A stretch of DNA of 64,000 nt. It comes from Octopus sinensis. Taxonomy: Eukaryota. Below are positions 25,976 through 38,721 of the stretch, one piece after another; position 1 is the first letter of the stretch; each line of letters begins with the position of its first letter. Location of the stretch: assembly GCF_006345805.1 (NCBI RefSeq), contig NC_043011.1, positions 6,324,001-6,388,000 on the forward strand. The letters run 5' to 3'. The translations under genes and the position numbers were made by a program. Under the pieces are notes generated by a model. The model ran no database searches. It was not told the DNA's origin and was given only the letters and a program-made list of their open reading frames with translations.

Positions 25976-28805
25976 AATAGTAAATCTCTGAACGAGGTAT
26001 AGACAGTAACTGCACGACAATGTGAGGTATATTTGCCATCTCAATATGGATAACCACTAAAGGTGGGTGTTACTGTAGCTTGTAGCCCCAAGAGAACACC
26101 TCCTCCAGCTGGCTATAGGCACACTTTCTGTGCCCTATCGGTATTTGCAAAGGGAGGTCATCCTTCCCTCATCAACCTATATATATGTATGTGTGTGTGT
26201 GTGATTTAGAGATAGCAGTCCCCATCATCACACCATATAAAAGATTTTTATTTTAATACTTACTACTCATTTCTAAATTTCTCTGCTTACACGTGTTTCT
26301 TGAGGTTCTTTTACCGTTCCTTAAGCATGCAGTGTTTTACAGGAACATTTCTTAAGCTCAACTCCAATCGTCAGGCCTTTAAATAACCTTATTATAATTC
26401 AATACCAATTTCTATATTTTAATATTTTAACAGTTACGAATGTATTAACCGACAAATTTATTCCCTAATAAATAAAATAAAATAATCTAGTATATATATA
26501 TATATATCCTTTTATCATTGACATTGATTCAGTCATTAGACTGTGGCCATGCTGGGGCACCAGCTTCAAGGGTTTAATCAAACAAATTGATTCTAGTACT
26601 TCTTTCTAGCCTAATGCTTATTCTACAAGTCTTTTTTGCCAAACTGCTAAGTTACGGAGGTGCAAACAAACCAACACCAGTTAAGTGGTTGTAGGGGATA
26701 AACACAGACACAAAGACACGTATACATACATCTTATATATATATGTATGTGTATATAGATGTGGTGTGCAAGAGAGACACTGGTATGGTCATGTGATTTG
26801 TATGAACGAGGACGGCTGTGTAAATAAGTGCTGATCCCTAACTGTGGAAGGAACCTGTTTTCTCAATTATAGAGATTCTCATCTTCTTAAATGTGGCATT
26901 TAGTAAGTGTCGTAAGCACCACCCTGGCCATTTTCGAGGTTAGGATATCATTTTCATTGTCTCGATGTCTAAGTTGGAAGAACTGGTGACGCTTGTAATA
27001 AGGTTGAAAATCCAGCTGAAAAAATTGTACCTTGATGCTATTGATATGATGCTTACTCACCAGAGAGTTTAGTGAATCTCCATCGTAAACACACACTCTT
27101 AATTTTGGTGTGGTCCCTGTATTGTTTTTCTAATATTCCACATTACCATCATAATGATAATGGGCTATTATCTTACTATCTTTCCTTACCTCTTAAAGAT
27201 ACTTACCTTGGTATATTCAAACACAAACAATACCTTTGGGTGTGGGGTCTTTGTATGTTTTTTTCTAGGTATTATGGCTAAAATATGCAATGCGATACAC
27301 CGTTTCGTAGTACCGGTATATTCTGGAAAATGAGAAAGACACAGTCATTGTTTCATCTTTCCGATGCATACATAAATAAATAGTTTTACATAAGTGGAAT
27401 GATTAGCGGAAGTCTTCACGGTCATTTTAAGGCCAAAACCAGGTTCCTAACTTCATTCCTTGTAGAGATATCACATTCTGAAAGTTGTGAAACTTTGACT
27501 GTATATTTCTCATTTTTTAAGTTGTGGTGCTTACGATGGTCTGTTACTTAACGCCTCAAATGCATTGATGGTCCTTAGCAGAAAGTCTGCTACTGTTGTT
27601 GCTGTTGTTGTTTTCATTTATTTATTCTCCAAACTATATTAACATAATCTAATATTATTTGACATTTATGATATTGGGACATGGCCCTGTAATATGTATA
27701 CATGTGTAATTAAAGACTTTAGTGTCTGTTATTTTCCTAATAATGTCAGCGAGGAGTTAGCATCATGAACTTCAGTTTCGAACAAAATAAAAAGTATCTC
27801 TTTTGTATTTGAAGTTTCCTTTTCTGCTTTGTCCACTTCCCTCCTCTCTCACTTTCCGTTTTTGTGTCTGTATTTTCTCTTATACTCACCTTCTTGTACT
27901 TTAAGGGTCCATCCTGATACCTCCTGTTTGATATCCTTTTCCCCTTTCCAGCTGAGTAGCCATGTATCTGTTGTACTTTTTCAATACCTGGCACAATCAG
28001 TTAAGGGGCCTTTGCCTTGCAGGTTGCTTGGTGACCTCACTAAAGCTGGTGCTATGGAAAAAATAGAAGCATCCAGTATGCTCTGTATCGTGGCTGGTGT
28101 TAGAAAAGGCCTCCAGCTGTAGAAACCCTGCCAAACCAAGCAGAAGGGTTCAAAGCAGTCCTCTGGCTCATTGGGTCGCATCAAATTATCCAACTATTCA
28201 ACCCAGCAGATAAAGACCGGTGTCTGGGATGTTGCCTGGCTGCAAACCAGTGCCTCAGTAACATCTAACCCAGGCTAGCATGGGAAAACAGGGATAGAAA
28301 AAAAGAGGGAGAGAGAAATAAGCATTTGTGTGAATCTGGTGATTCACTGTTCTTGTTTGCATGAATTCAATCCATACAAATGTTTGAGAAGAGAAAACAA
28401 TGGACGTGACAGAATGTAGAGTGATGGGGGGATGTGGAGGGGTCAAAAGCTTGGGAAATGAGATAAAAAAAAATAATAAAAGCTAAGACCAGATGCTTTA
28501 TACTGTAGTGCTGTGTCCCCTCCTTGTGCTTGTATTTTTATGGGACATAGTTCAGATTTCTCATAACTCTCGATTTTATCATGAAGTGTATAAGTATCTC
28601 TTCTCTCCCTCTCTCTCTCCCTCTCTCTTTCTCTCTCTGTGCATATGCATGCATCTGTGTAAATATCTATGTTTGTATTTATATAAAATACATTTTTCTA
28701 ACAACCAACCCATACCAGCATGGAACGTCTGTCGTCAAATGATATATATATATATTGGTAAAAACGGTGAGAGTTTTATCTTGACTATTGAGTAATGTAA
28801 CATAT

Positions 28806-28879
<74 letters not shown>

Positions 28880-28963
28880 TATATATATATATATATACAT
28901 ATATATATTTATAAAAAAGAAGTTTGAAAACGCCACTATATAAGATAAATTTTTATTTTCTTA

Positions 28964-29014
28964 AAAATCTTACATGTTTCAGTTCTTGAAAAAACGAACC
29001 TTATCAAAAATATT
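28964..29014 (-). ncRNA. Minimal type I hammerhead, U3-A8 core variant
   Basis: Minus strand AAUAUUU-UUGAUAA-GGUUC-loop-GAACU-GAAAC-AU-GUA-AGAUUUU. Confidence 0.6.
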
Positions 29015-29185
29015 TTTAAAAGTGTAATAAAAATGTTCGTGATTGTTTCTTACTAGTCTCAACAGAGTCCACGTGGTGGTTTATTGTGGTGGGGGGGCAT
29101 AATAGCTGTCTTGTGTGTTGACTAGATTCGTTGGCTGAAGTTGGGGAAATGACCAGCAGCCGAATATATATATATATATATATAT

Positions 29186-29650
29186 AACGGGAAGCTTTAT
29201 GAAAATAGACAAAAGACGAAGGCAGGTGGAAAACAAACAAACAATTGTATTAGTATGGCGCTCAGGAAATATAAATAAAACAAGTCTTTAACGTTTCGAG
29301 CCTACGCTCTTCAACAGAAAGATACACAGAGAGAAAAAAAACACAGAAAGAAGGAGAGAAAAAAAATGCGTGCAGTAACTAACGAATCAACATGGCGATC
29401 TGATTTTGGCCAGAGGTCAAAGATCAAACATGAGACGCGAAAGCGAAATAAGGGGAGATAATAGGGTTGATAATAGGGTTGAATGACCAGCTGTTAGTGC
29501 GTAGGAGGGGTCTGGACGTGTGTATGTATAGGGTTGGTGTAGGTATTAGTATGTATTAGTATGTATAAGTGTGTGTGTGTGTGTGTATGAGAGAGTATAA
29601 GTGTGTATGAGGGGTCTGGACGTGTGTATGTATAGGGTTGGTGTATGTAT
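29186..29650 (-). mobile_element. Penelope-like terminal fragment abutting (TA)n
   Basis: Begins at the (TA)n edge, contains a hammerhead, homologous to 11367-11500; 38-bp internal duplication at ~29504 and ~29608. Confidence 0.55.
29285..29322 (-). ncRNA. Minimal type I hammerhead, A6U variant
   Basis: Minus strand UCUUU-CUGUUGA-A-GAGC-GUAG-GCUC-GAAAC-GUU-AAAGA; perfect stems I and II, AACGUU palindrome. Confidence 0.7.
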
Positions 29651-31203
29651 ATATTGTTGCTATCATGTTAAACTATCGTATGTCCAAATTTGGCCAAATG
29701 TGTTTTTTTTTCGATATTTATTTTTGCTGGTAATAGCCGGTTCTTTTGGTCAAACTATCCCAAGCCCGGCTGCTTCTGATGCCAACATATCAAAAAAATT
29801 GTCAGTGTTGTTTACTATGGAATGGTGAAACAATTTTTTTGTTTTCTGAAAAAGCGTTTTTGAACGTATGACACTTTTACATAATTGCTACTATATATAA
29901 ACAGTAAACATTATTAAGATTAAAATAAAAATTATCCCCTCAAAAAAGCCATCTCTACTCATTCTTTTAAATATACATATATAAATTCAAGCCTAAACTA
30001 ATTTACCTGCATCTCTCTCTCTCTCTCTCTCTCTCCACACACACACTTATGTAACACCTCTGCTTGTTACTGTTCTCTCGTTACCTCCTTATGATGGTGT
30101 GGTGGTGGGGATGCTGTTTTTCTTAAGGGTTATAGCTCACAAGGACCATGACATTGTTCCACGGTAGATGTGTGTTCTCAGATTTTTTTGCCTTTTTTAA
30201 CTGGAATCATTCAGCTGGCTCTGGCCACACTGGAGCATTCTTATACACAAAAGCCGGCAGTAAAGCCTATCAAAAGGTGTTGTAACTCTTGATCCCGAGG
30301 GCAAAACACATTTGGTAAATGTTGTTGCTGTTTGTTTGTTTGTTTGTAGATGTTATGGTTATTGATGTAAAACACCAGTTTCCAAGAACCATTTGGTTTA
30401 CTCTGTGGTTGAATTGGAAAATTTTTTGAGGTTATTGTTCTTAGCAGCCATGTTGTTTACATATGTTTGTTGGAGTGGGATGGTGAGGGGTGGGAGAGGA
30501 ATTCACGACAAGGTCTGTGCAGTCGTGTGGGCTTGAGTGTGGCATGTGGGTGTTTTTGCATGCCACCAGCACGTGACCAGTCAGGCGGTGTTTGTCACCC
30601 TCTCTATCACTGATAACCAATGAGGTTGTGTTTGTGTTCCCGTAATTTTGTGGTTTGGCAAAAGAGACCGATACAATAAGTACTAGGTTTACAAAGCATA
30701 AGTCCTGAGGTCGATTTGTTTGACTAAAGTCGGTGCTCCAGCATGGCTGCAGTCAAACGACTGAAACAAATTAACGAGTTAAAGAGTGTATGTACTTACA
30801 TATAAGTGTGTGTGTGTGTTTGTATGCGTGTGTGTCTTTGTCCACTTCCCCACTGTTTGACCACTGGTATTGATGTGTTTATATTCCCATGACTTAGCAG
30901 TTTGGCAAGAGAGACCGATAGAATAAGTACCCGGTTTATAAAAAAGAAGTACCAGAGCTAATTCATTCAATTAAAAGGTTCTTCAGGTGGTGTCCCAGCA
31001 TGGCCACAGACTAATGGCCTATATTTTTACAGAAATCACCCCCACCCCCAATTTTAATGAGACATCACTGGTTTTTCTGATGTCATGGTTGGATGAATGT
31101 GCAGAAGCATGACAATGTCCTGTCGGTCAAAAAGAGGTCACCAAGATATTTGAATACCAAATAATGCAACCTGAACACAAGACTACTTTCTAACAATAAA
31201 TGA

Positions 31204-31626
31204 TAGGCGCAGGAGTGGCTTTGTGGTAAGTAGCTTGCTAACCAACCACATGGTTCCGGATTCAGTCTCACTGCGTGGCACCTTGGGCAAGTGTCTTCTG
31301 CTATAGCCCCGGGCCGACCAATGCCTTGTGAGTGGATTTGGTAGACGGAAACTGAAAGAAGCCTGTCGTATATATGTATATATATATATGTGTGTGTGTG
31401 TATGTGTTTGTGTGTCTGTTTGTCCCCCTAGTATTGCTTGACAACTGATGCTGGTGTGTTTACGTCCCCGTTACTTAGCGGTTCGGCAAACGAGACCGAT
31501 AGAATAAGTACTGGGCTTACAAAAGAATAAGTCCCGGGGTCGAGTTTCTCGATTAAAGGCGGTGCTCCAGCATGGCCGCAGTCAAATGACTGAAACAAGT
31601 AAAAGAGTAAGAAAAGAGTAAAAGAG
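31204..31626 (+). mobile_element. SINE family A, full length
   Basis: Same consensus, CpGs largely intact. Confidence 0.95.
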
Positions 31627-32134
31627 ACTAAAATATTGGTCAACCCACTGGAATGCTCAGTCTCAAGCTGAGGAAAACAAGTGTTGTCTTTGAGTAGCTC
31701 AAGACTTGAAGCTGTATCTTAAAATCCATGTCTCACAGCATCAACCAAACTATTGGATGTTGTTATACATTGCTGGTTATGATGTACTTAACCGTGTTTT
31801 GTTTTCGCTTTTAAATGACGCCACCCTGCTGGCTAGGTGAGCGGGCCAACATTCCTCTGGTTGGAAGGCCTGTCTGTTGCAAGGTTACCTATTCATAGCT
31901 GAATGAACTGAATGTGAAATGAAGGGTTTTGCTCAAGAACACAACGCATTACCTGGTCTGGGAATCGAACCCATGGGCTAACGATCGTGAGTACCACTAG
32001 ACTGTGCACCTTCACCCCACTCTCTTTGTCTGTATATATATATATATATATTATATATATATATATATATATATTTACATACACACACACACATACATAC
32101 ATACATACATACACACACACATATATATATATGT

Positions 32135-32445
32135 GGAGGCACAATGGTCCAGTGGTTAGGGCAGCAGACTCGTGGTCGTAGGATCGCGGTTTTGATTCCC
32201 AGACTGGGCGTTGTGAGTGTTTATTGAGCGAAAACACCTAAGAGCTCCATGAGGCTCCGGCAGGGGGTGGTGGCGATCCCTGCTGTACATTTTCGCCACA
32301 ACTTTCTCTCACTCTTTCTTCTGTTGGCCTGCTCGCTTAGCCAACGGGGTGGCGTCATTTGAAGGCTAAAGCAATGCAAAGCGCATTGTGACCAGCGATG
32401 CGTAGCAACATCTGATAGCCTGGTCGGTCACGTGATCACGTGATA
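32135..32445 (+). mobile_element. Third tRNA-derived SINE family (F)
   Basis: ggaggcacaatggtccagtggttaggg (A box) ... ggtttgattccc (B box); tail ends cacgtgatcacgtgata; inverted partial relative at ~31805-32010. Confidence 0.85.
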
Positions 32446-32982
32446 TACATACATATATATATATATATATAGCAGTATCAGCTTGAAATCGTTCCTGTTC
32501 CACAAGCAAAGTAAATGACAAATGATTCACTTCTAAAAAGAAAAAAAAAAAGAATTCTTTTTCTATTCTTTGAAATCTTCATCATGTCTAATTTGTTCGC
32601 ATATTACTTTGAAACCTGTTGAACTTTCAATTCTCAATCCTGGAGAACGACTGTGAAATTTATTCATCACTTGAATTCTTATAATTTCCATTTGCTGTTG
32701 AATTCTTATTGAATTCTTCATCATGGTAATTTTGCTTGGAAATCTATTGAGCATTTCGATGTTTGAGCAAGTTTTATTGCAATAGAACTTTTCTCCTGTG
32801 CATTCTTTTTCTTCTAAACTTAGCTTTTCTTTTTTCTTTTTTAATTTACATTTTCTGTTGAAAAACAAAAAAAAAACAAAAACAAAAAAAAAAACAATTG
32901 CTGAAACTGAAAAATGGTATTTTAATAAATTTAAACTCCAGGTGTAATTTCAACTGCAAAGCTAACCCTCCAGTATTTCTAC

Positions 32983-33388
32983 GCGTAGAGTGGCTGTGTG
33001 GTAAGTAGCTTGCTAACCAACCACATGGTTCAGGGTTCGGTCCCACTGCGTGGCACCTTGGGCAAGTGTCTTCTACTATAGCCTCGGGCCGACCAATGCC
33101 TTGTGAGTGGATTTGGTAGACGGAAACTGAAAGAAGCCCGTCGTATATATGTATATATATATATATGTGTGTGTGTGTTTGTGTGTCTGTGTTTGTCCCC
33201 CTAGCATTGCTTGACAACCGATGCTGGCGTGTTTATGTCCCCGTCACTTAGCAGTTCGGCAAAAGAGACCGATAGAATAACTACTGGGCTTACAAAGAAT
33301 AAGTCCTTGGGTCTAGTTGCTTGACTAAAGGCGGTGCTCCAGCATGGCCGCAGTCAAATGACTGAAACAAGTAAAAGAGTAAAAGAGA
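32983..33388 (+). mobile_element. SINE family A
   Basis: Same consensus. Confidence 0.95.
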
Positions 33389-34565
33389 GTGGAAGTAAAC
33401 CACTTTTCTCTGTACACACACAGGGAGACACACATGCACAGACGCGCACACACACACACACACAGTGTATGTGTGTGTACCTAATGATTGGACAGATGTC
33501 ATCCCTGGGCTATAGAAGGCAATTGTCCAAGGTGGTGTACAGTGGGACTGAACCCAAAATCTTGCGGTTGCTAAGTCAACTTCTTAACCACGTGGTGTTG
33601 CACGCACCCATGGAATGAATTAAAATCCTCTCAATGGAGTTTAATGTAGACCTAAGTGTGAGCTCTACCTCAGTTAGAGACAGCAGTGTACCCTGTGGGT
33701 GGTCTGTTGGAAAATGTGCAACAAGTTGGCTATTGAGTACAATGTCTGTTACTTAGATGGTGGGATGGGGGGGATAATGGGGGTATGTAGGGGTGTAGTA
33801 GGGGTTGTTGGATTGGATCTGAAGCAGTTGATGGTCTTTGATGTCTTTTATTCCGTGTCTCTACCATAATCTGTAGCAGCATGGAAGAACAGATGTCAGC
33901 ATGGTAGTAATAAAGGTGGTGGTGGTTGTGATGGTGGTGGTGGTTGTGATGGTGGTGGTGGTGATGGCAGTGCTGCTGCTGATTGTAGTGATGATGATGA
34001 TGACTATTGTGGTGGTGGTGGTGGTGGTGGGGACGGTTGCTATGGTTGATGGTGGCAGTGATGCTTGTGATGGCGATTGCTGCGATGGGTTGGATTGCTT
34101 ATTAAGGACTCCTTCAACTGATTTGAACTCTACTTGAGGTTGTTATTACATTGCTCCTTCGTGTATGAAACCTGACTTTCCCTTTAAGTAGGGAAATCAT
34201 CTTGAAAAAAGCGGATCTCCTAACATGGAGTGGGCACGGGGACGGTGCTGGTGGCTGGGGGTGTGATGCTGTGGAGGGCAACCAGATGGAAGACATTCAC
34301 ATGGCTTATAGTTTTTTTTGTTTTTTTTTTTGTAATTCTCTGAATTTATTTAATTTTGTTTTTTTTTTCCTTTTTGCTTTAACATCAAAACCAATATTAT
34401 GACATCAGACACGGAAACCATCTTTGCCATTCTTTCGTTCTTCCTTTTTCCCCTTCACCCTCTCCGCCACACAATACTCCTCCCGTCATGTGCACACACA
34501 CACACACGCACACACACACTTGTACATAAACACTCATATAATACATGCATGATCATGCGGGCACT

Positions 34566-34567
<2 letters not shown>

Positions 34568-34601
<34 letters not shown>

Positions 34602-35181
34602 TGCGCACTCTCTCTCTCTCTCTCTCACATGCGCACTCTCTCTCTCTCTCTCTCTCTCGCATGCGCACTCTCTCTCTCTCTCTCGCATGCGCACTCTCTC
34701 TCTCTCTCTCATGCGCACTCTCTCTCTCTCTCGCATGCGCACTCTCTCTCTCTCTCTCTCTCTCACATGCGCACTCTCTCTCTCTCTCGCATGCGCACTC
34801 TCTCTCTCGCATGCACACTCTCTCTCTCTCTCTCACATGCGCACTCTCTCTCTCTCACATGCGCACTCTCTCTCTCTCACATGCGCACTCTCTCTCTCTC
34901 TCTCTCTCACATGCGCACTCTCTCTCTCTCTCTCACATGCGCACTCTCTCTCTCTCTCGCATGCGCACTCTCTCTCTCTCTCTCTCTCTCACATGCGCAC
35001 TCTCTCTCTCTCTCACATGCGCACTCTCTCTCTCTCTCGCATGCGCACTCTCTCTCTCTCTCTCTCACATGCGCACTCTCTCTCTCTCCCGCATGCGCAC
35101 TCTCTCTCTCTCTCTCTCTCACATGCGCACTCTCTCTCTCTCTCTCTCTCACATGCGCACTCTCTCTCTCTCCCGCATGCG

Positions 35182-35220
<39 letters not shown>

Positions 35221-35330
35221 GCGCTCTCTCTCTCTCTCGCATGTGCACTCTGTGTGTGCTTCTCTCTCTCTCGTGCGTGCACTGCCTCTCTGTCTGTCTG
35301 TCTGTCTCTCTCTCTCACGCATGCGCACTG
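34568..35330. repeat. Compound minisatellite: (CT)n spacers with ~25 C(A/G)CATGCGCA motifs
   Basis: Counted by eye. Confidence 0.95.
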
Positions 35331-35604
35331 AAATGTACACATGCTTCATACACACACACCCTCTCCTGCACCCGCCCCCACACAGTGCCACCAAAAGCCA
35401 ATCAGTGCCACTCAGTTTGTTCAACCGTTGACGACAATCCCCCCCGTCCTCCTCCCATCTCACCCCCGTCTCTTGTTGGTTGCTTGTCTTAATTAGAATC
35501 TTTTCCTTTTAGACAGGTTTCAAACCATCAAAGGATAATATTTGTCTCCCCCACACCTGACTCTCCCTTCTCTCTCTCTCCCCCGCTCTGTATGTGTGTG
35601 TGTA

Positions 35605-35635
<31 letters not shown>

Positions 35636-35684
35636 ATATATATATATGTATGGATTGTATATGTGTATATATATGATTGTAATA

Positions 35685-35715
<31 letters not shown>

Positions 35716-35750
35716 CGTATGTAGTATGTATATGTGTCTGTGTGTGATTG

Positions 35751-35783
<33 letters not shown>

Positions 35784-36110
35784 TATATATTATTACGTAT
35801 GTATGTATGTAGTATGTATACGTGTCTGTGTGTGATTGTAAAACTCCAAGACTGAAAGAGATCAAAATTCTTTTTGCGTCTTCAATTGATTTCTGAATTT
35901 TGTTTTTTCTAGTTTGCCGTTGTTGAAACTGTAATCCTCTTAATCCTCAAATGTATTTCGTTCCTCTCTTTCACAATGGAAGAAATATCTGAGACACTCT
36001 CGCACAGCTCTGATGGATCCTCTGTTGTTTCCAGCAGCAACTATTCAGCTGTTCAATCCCCCTTCGACTAATTACTTGTTAATTTAAGTGGTTGAGTACT
36101 CCATGCTACA

Positions 36111-36785
36111 TCATCATCGTTTAACGTCCACTTTCCATACTGGCATGGGTTTGACGGTTTGACTGAGGACTGGCAAGCCAGGAGGCTGTGCCAGGCTCCA
36201 GTCTGATCTGGCAAGGTTTCTACACCTGGATGCCCTTCCTAATGCCAACCACTCTGAGAGTGTAGTAGGTGCTTTTTATGTGCCACTGGCACGGGGGCCA
36301 GTCAGGTGGAACTGGCATCGACTATGCTCAAATGGTGCTTTTTATGTGTCACCTGCACAGGAGCCAGTCAGGTGGAACTGGCATCGACTATGCTCAAATG
36401 GTGCTTTTTATGTGTCACCTGCACAGGAGCCAGTCAGGTGGAACTGGCATTGACTATGCTCAAATGGTGCTTTTTATGTGTCACCTGCACAGGAGCCAGT
36501 CAGGTGAAACTGGCATCGACTATGCTCAAATGGTGCTTTTTATGTGTCACCTGCACAGGAGCTAGTCAGGTGGAACTGGCATCGACTATGCTCAAATGGT
36601 GCTTTTTACGTGTCACCTGCACAGGAGCCAGTCAGGTGGAACTGGCATTGACTATGCTCAAATGGTGCTTTTTATGTGTCACCTGCACAGGAGCCAGTCA
36701 GGTGAAACTGGCATCGACTATGCTCAAATGGTGCTTTTTACGTGTCACCTGCACAGGAGCCAGTCAGGTGGCACTGGCCTTGATG
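36111..36785 (-). mobile_element. RTE 3'UTR fragment (family C) with an internal 66-bp tandem array
   Basis: catcatcatcgtttaacgtcc tail; units start at 36269, 36335, 36401, 36467, 36533, 36599, 36665 and 36731. Confidence 0.9.
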
Positions 36786-37842
36786 TAAATTCTTGAGTTG
36801 AATCCACTTGCCACACTGTTATTACAAGGCTGAGCTTTTGAAATGCTGCTCTGCTTCCAAATGCTCGGCTTCAGTACAGTTTCCACCTTGCTGATTTCAC
36901 TCACAAAGCTTGGTTTGACCCAAGGCTACAGTAAAAAACACTTGAGTGACCACATAAGTTGGATTGAGCCTAACTCCTCATGATTGTGAAATGAATGTCT
37001 TAACCAACTGGTGCCCATTTTGCATGTGTAGTTGGTTTTGTGTGTGTTTGTGTGTGTGTGGCTGGCTGGCTGTATGTGTGTGTGTGTGTGAATGGCTATG
37101 AGTGTGTGTGTGCCTGTGTTCCAGCTCTTTGCATTCTAAGTTTGTATACTGCAAAGATTTTGCGTTTCATCCCTTAGGAGTTGATAAAATAAACATATGG
37201 TGCCCCAGCATGGCCGCAGCCTTCGGGCTAAAACATTTTAAAGCATTTAAGGATTTATACCAGTTAACCCACTCGGGTCAATATAATGACTAACGCTGTC
37301 CTCCTTGGTTGCTGACCTTGTGCTAAAATTTGAAACCCTATAGTAATCCTTTAAACTATAGGCTCCTTGCACTTGCATCAGTTGTCAGTTTGTTGGCTCG
37401 AATGCCGTCCTTCAAATACATCACACACCTCCAGTACCGAATCTGGCTCCTTGTCTTGACACGGTGCAATAGTTGTGGATGACCACCACGGTTGGACTTT
37501 TTCTTTTCGATCTTCCAGGAAACTGCCAGAGGTGAAATATTGTTTTACTTGAACACGAATGGTAATAGGTAGGGCATCCAGCCAACCAAGTCTGCTGTGA
37601 ATTTGTATTTGGGTGCACACAGGTGGGTGGGGTAGTCTTGTGTTCTGATTGCGAACAGAACACTGAACACTGTCTGCAGTTTACTTTCTCGCCAACAACA
37701 GATGTCAATAGGGCTGATCACCTATCAATCAATATTTCTCTTGAAGGAAGTATTGATCTTCTACTCATTATATTACTTGTTTGTTGGATAACAATCTGTT
37801 TTTATTTCTGTATCCGTGTGTGTATGTATGTATGTATGTGTC

Positions 37843-37887
<45 letters not shown>

Positions 37888-38012
37888 TATATATATATAT
37901 ACACACACACATATATACATACATATACACATACATATATATATATATATATATACATATATATATACATACATACATACATACATATATATATATACAT
38001 ACATATATATAT

Positions 38013-38054
<42 letters not shown>

Positions 38055-38212
38055 TATATATATATAAATTTATATATAGAGGGCATTATACATACATGCC
38101 AGAGAGCATTATACATACATGCCACACGCTAAGAGGGACAATTAGTCTTTCTACCAAAAATATTACTAATCCCACCGAATGCAATTTTTCAAAGTAAGAC
38201 ATTTAAAATTAT

Positions 38213-38260
38213 AGACCTGTATCACAGTGATTTCATACTTACGTATTCATCAGCAGGCCT
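38213..38260 (-). ncRNA. Type I hammerhead ribozyme, intact core
   Basis: Reverse complement of 38674-38721. Confidence 0.85.
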
Positions 38261-38673
38261 GAATGTATCATAAATAAACGACCCTGCCCCGCTTAAGCCG
38301 ATCAGCTAACTGATCAACATCCACGAAGCACATGGGTGAGTTTACATATATTACATCCTGTAAATGGCTTACTTTTACGAATTGCATTTCGGGAAAGGAA
38401 AAGTTTTTTCGGAATAAAAATTTAGCAATTAAGGACAACTACTTAATAAGGAAAACTTAACAAGAAATTGTCAGGTAGATAGCGTGAAAACCTCATAAGA
38501 GAATAAATTTCGAAAATAATTATTTCTTATTGAACATATTAATTTATATATAGAGGGCATTATACATACATGCCAGAGAGCATTATACATACATGCCACA
38601 CGCTAAGAGGGACAATTAGTCATTTCTACCAAAAATATTAAGCAGGGCAGGGTTGTTTATTTATGATACATTC

Positions 38674-38721
38674 AGGCCTGCTGATGAATACGTAAGTATG
38701 AAATCACTGTGATACAGGTCT
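38674..38721 (+). ncRNA. Type I hammerhead ribozyme, intact core
   Basis: AGGCCUG-CUGAUGA-AUAC-GUAA-GUAU-GAA-AUCAC-U-GUGAU-A-CAGGUCU; 7-bp stem I, 4-bp stem II, near-palindromic stem III, predicted cleavage after A38714. Confidence 0.85.

Noticed and set aside
26290-26390. Minus-strand CUGACGA ... GAAAC-ACGU-GUA as a long hammerhead
   Set aside because: Stem I does not pair and stem II needs several mismatches; unsupported without a family consensus
29460-29482. Telomere-like tagggtt repeats
   Set aside because: Only two imperfect units inside an interspersed element
32135-32210. tRNA gene
   Set aside because: A and B boxes are present, but the acceptor stem is not closed and the sequence continues into a SINE body; the same applies to the other SINE heads
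34399-35492. ORFs of 276-315 aa (SLSL/RERE)
   Set aside because: Open in several frames only because of the (CT)n minisatellite
36269-36796. 66-bp array as a CRISPR array or repeat protein
   Set aside because: No unique spacers, eukaryotic context, units derive from the RTE 3'UTR
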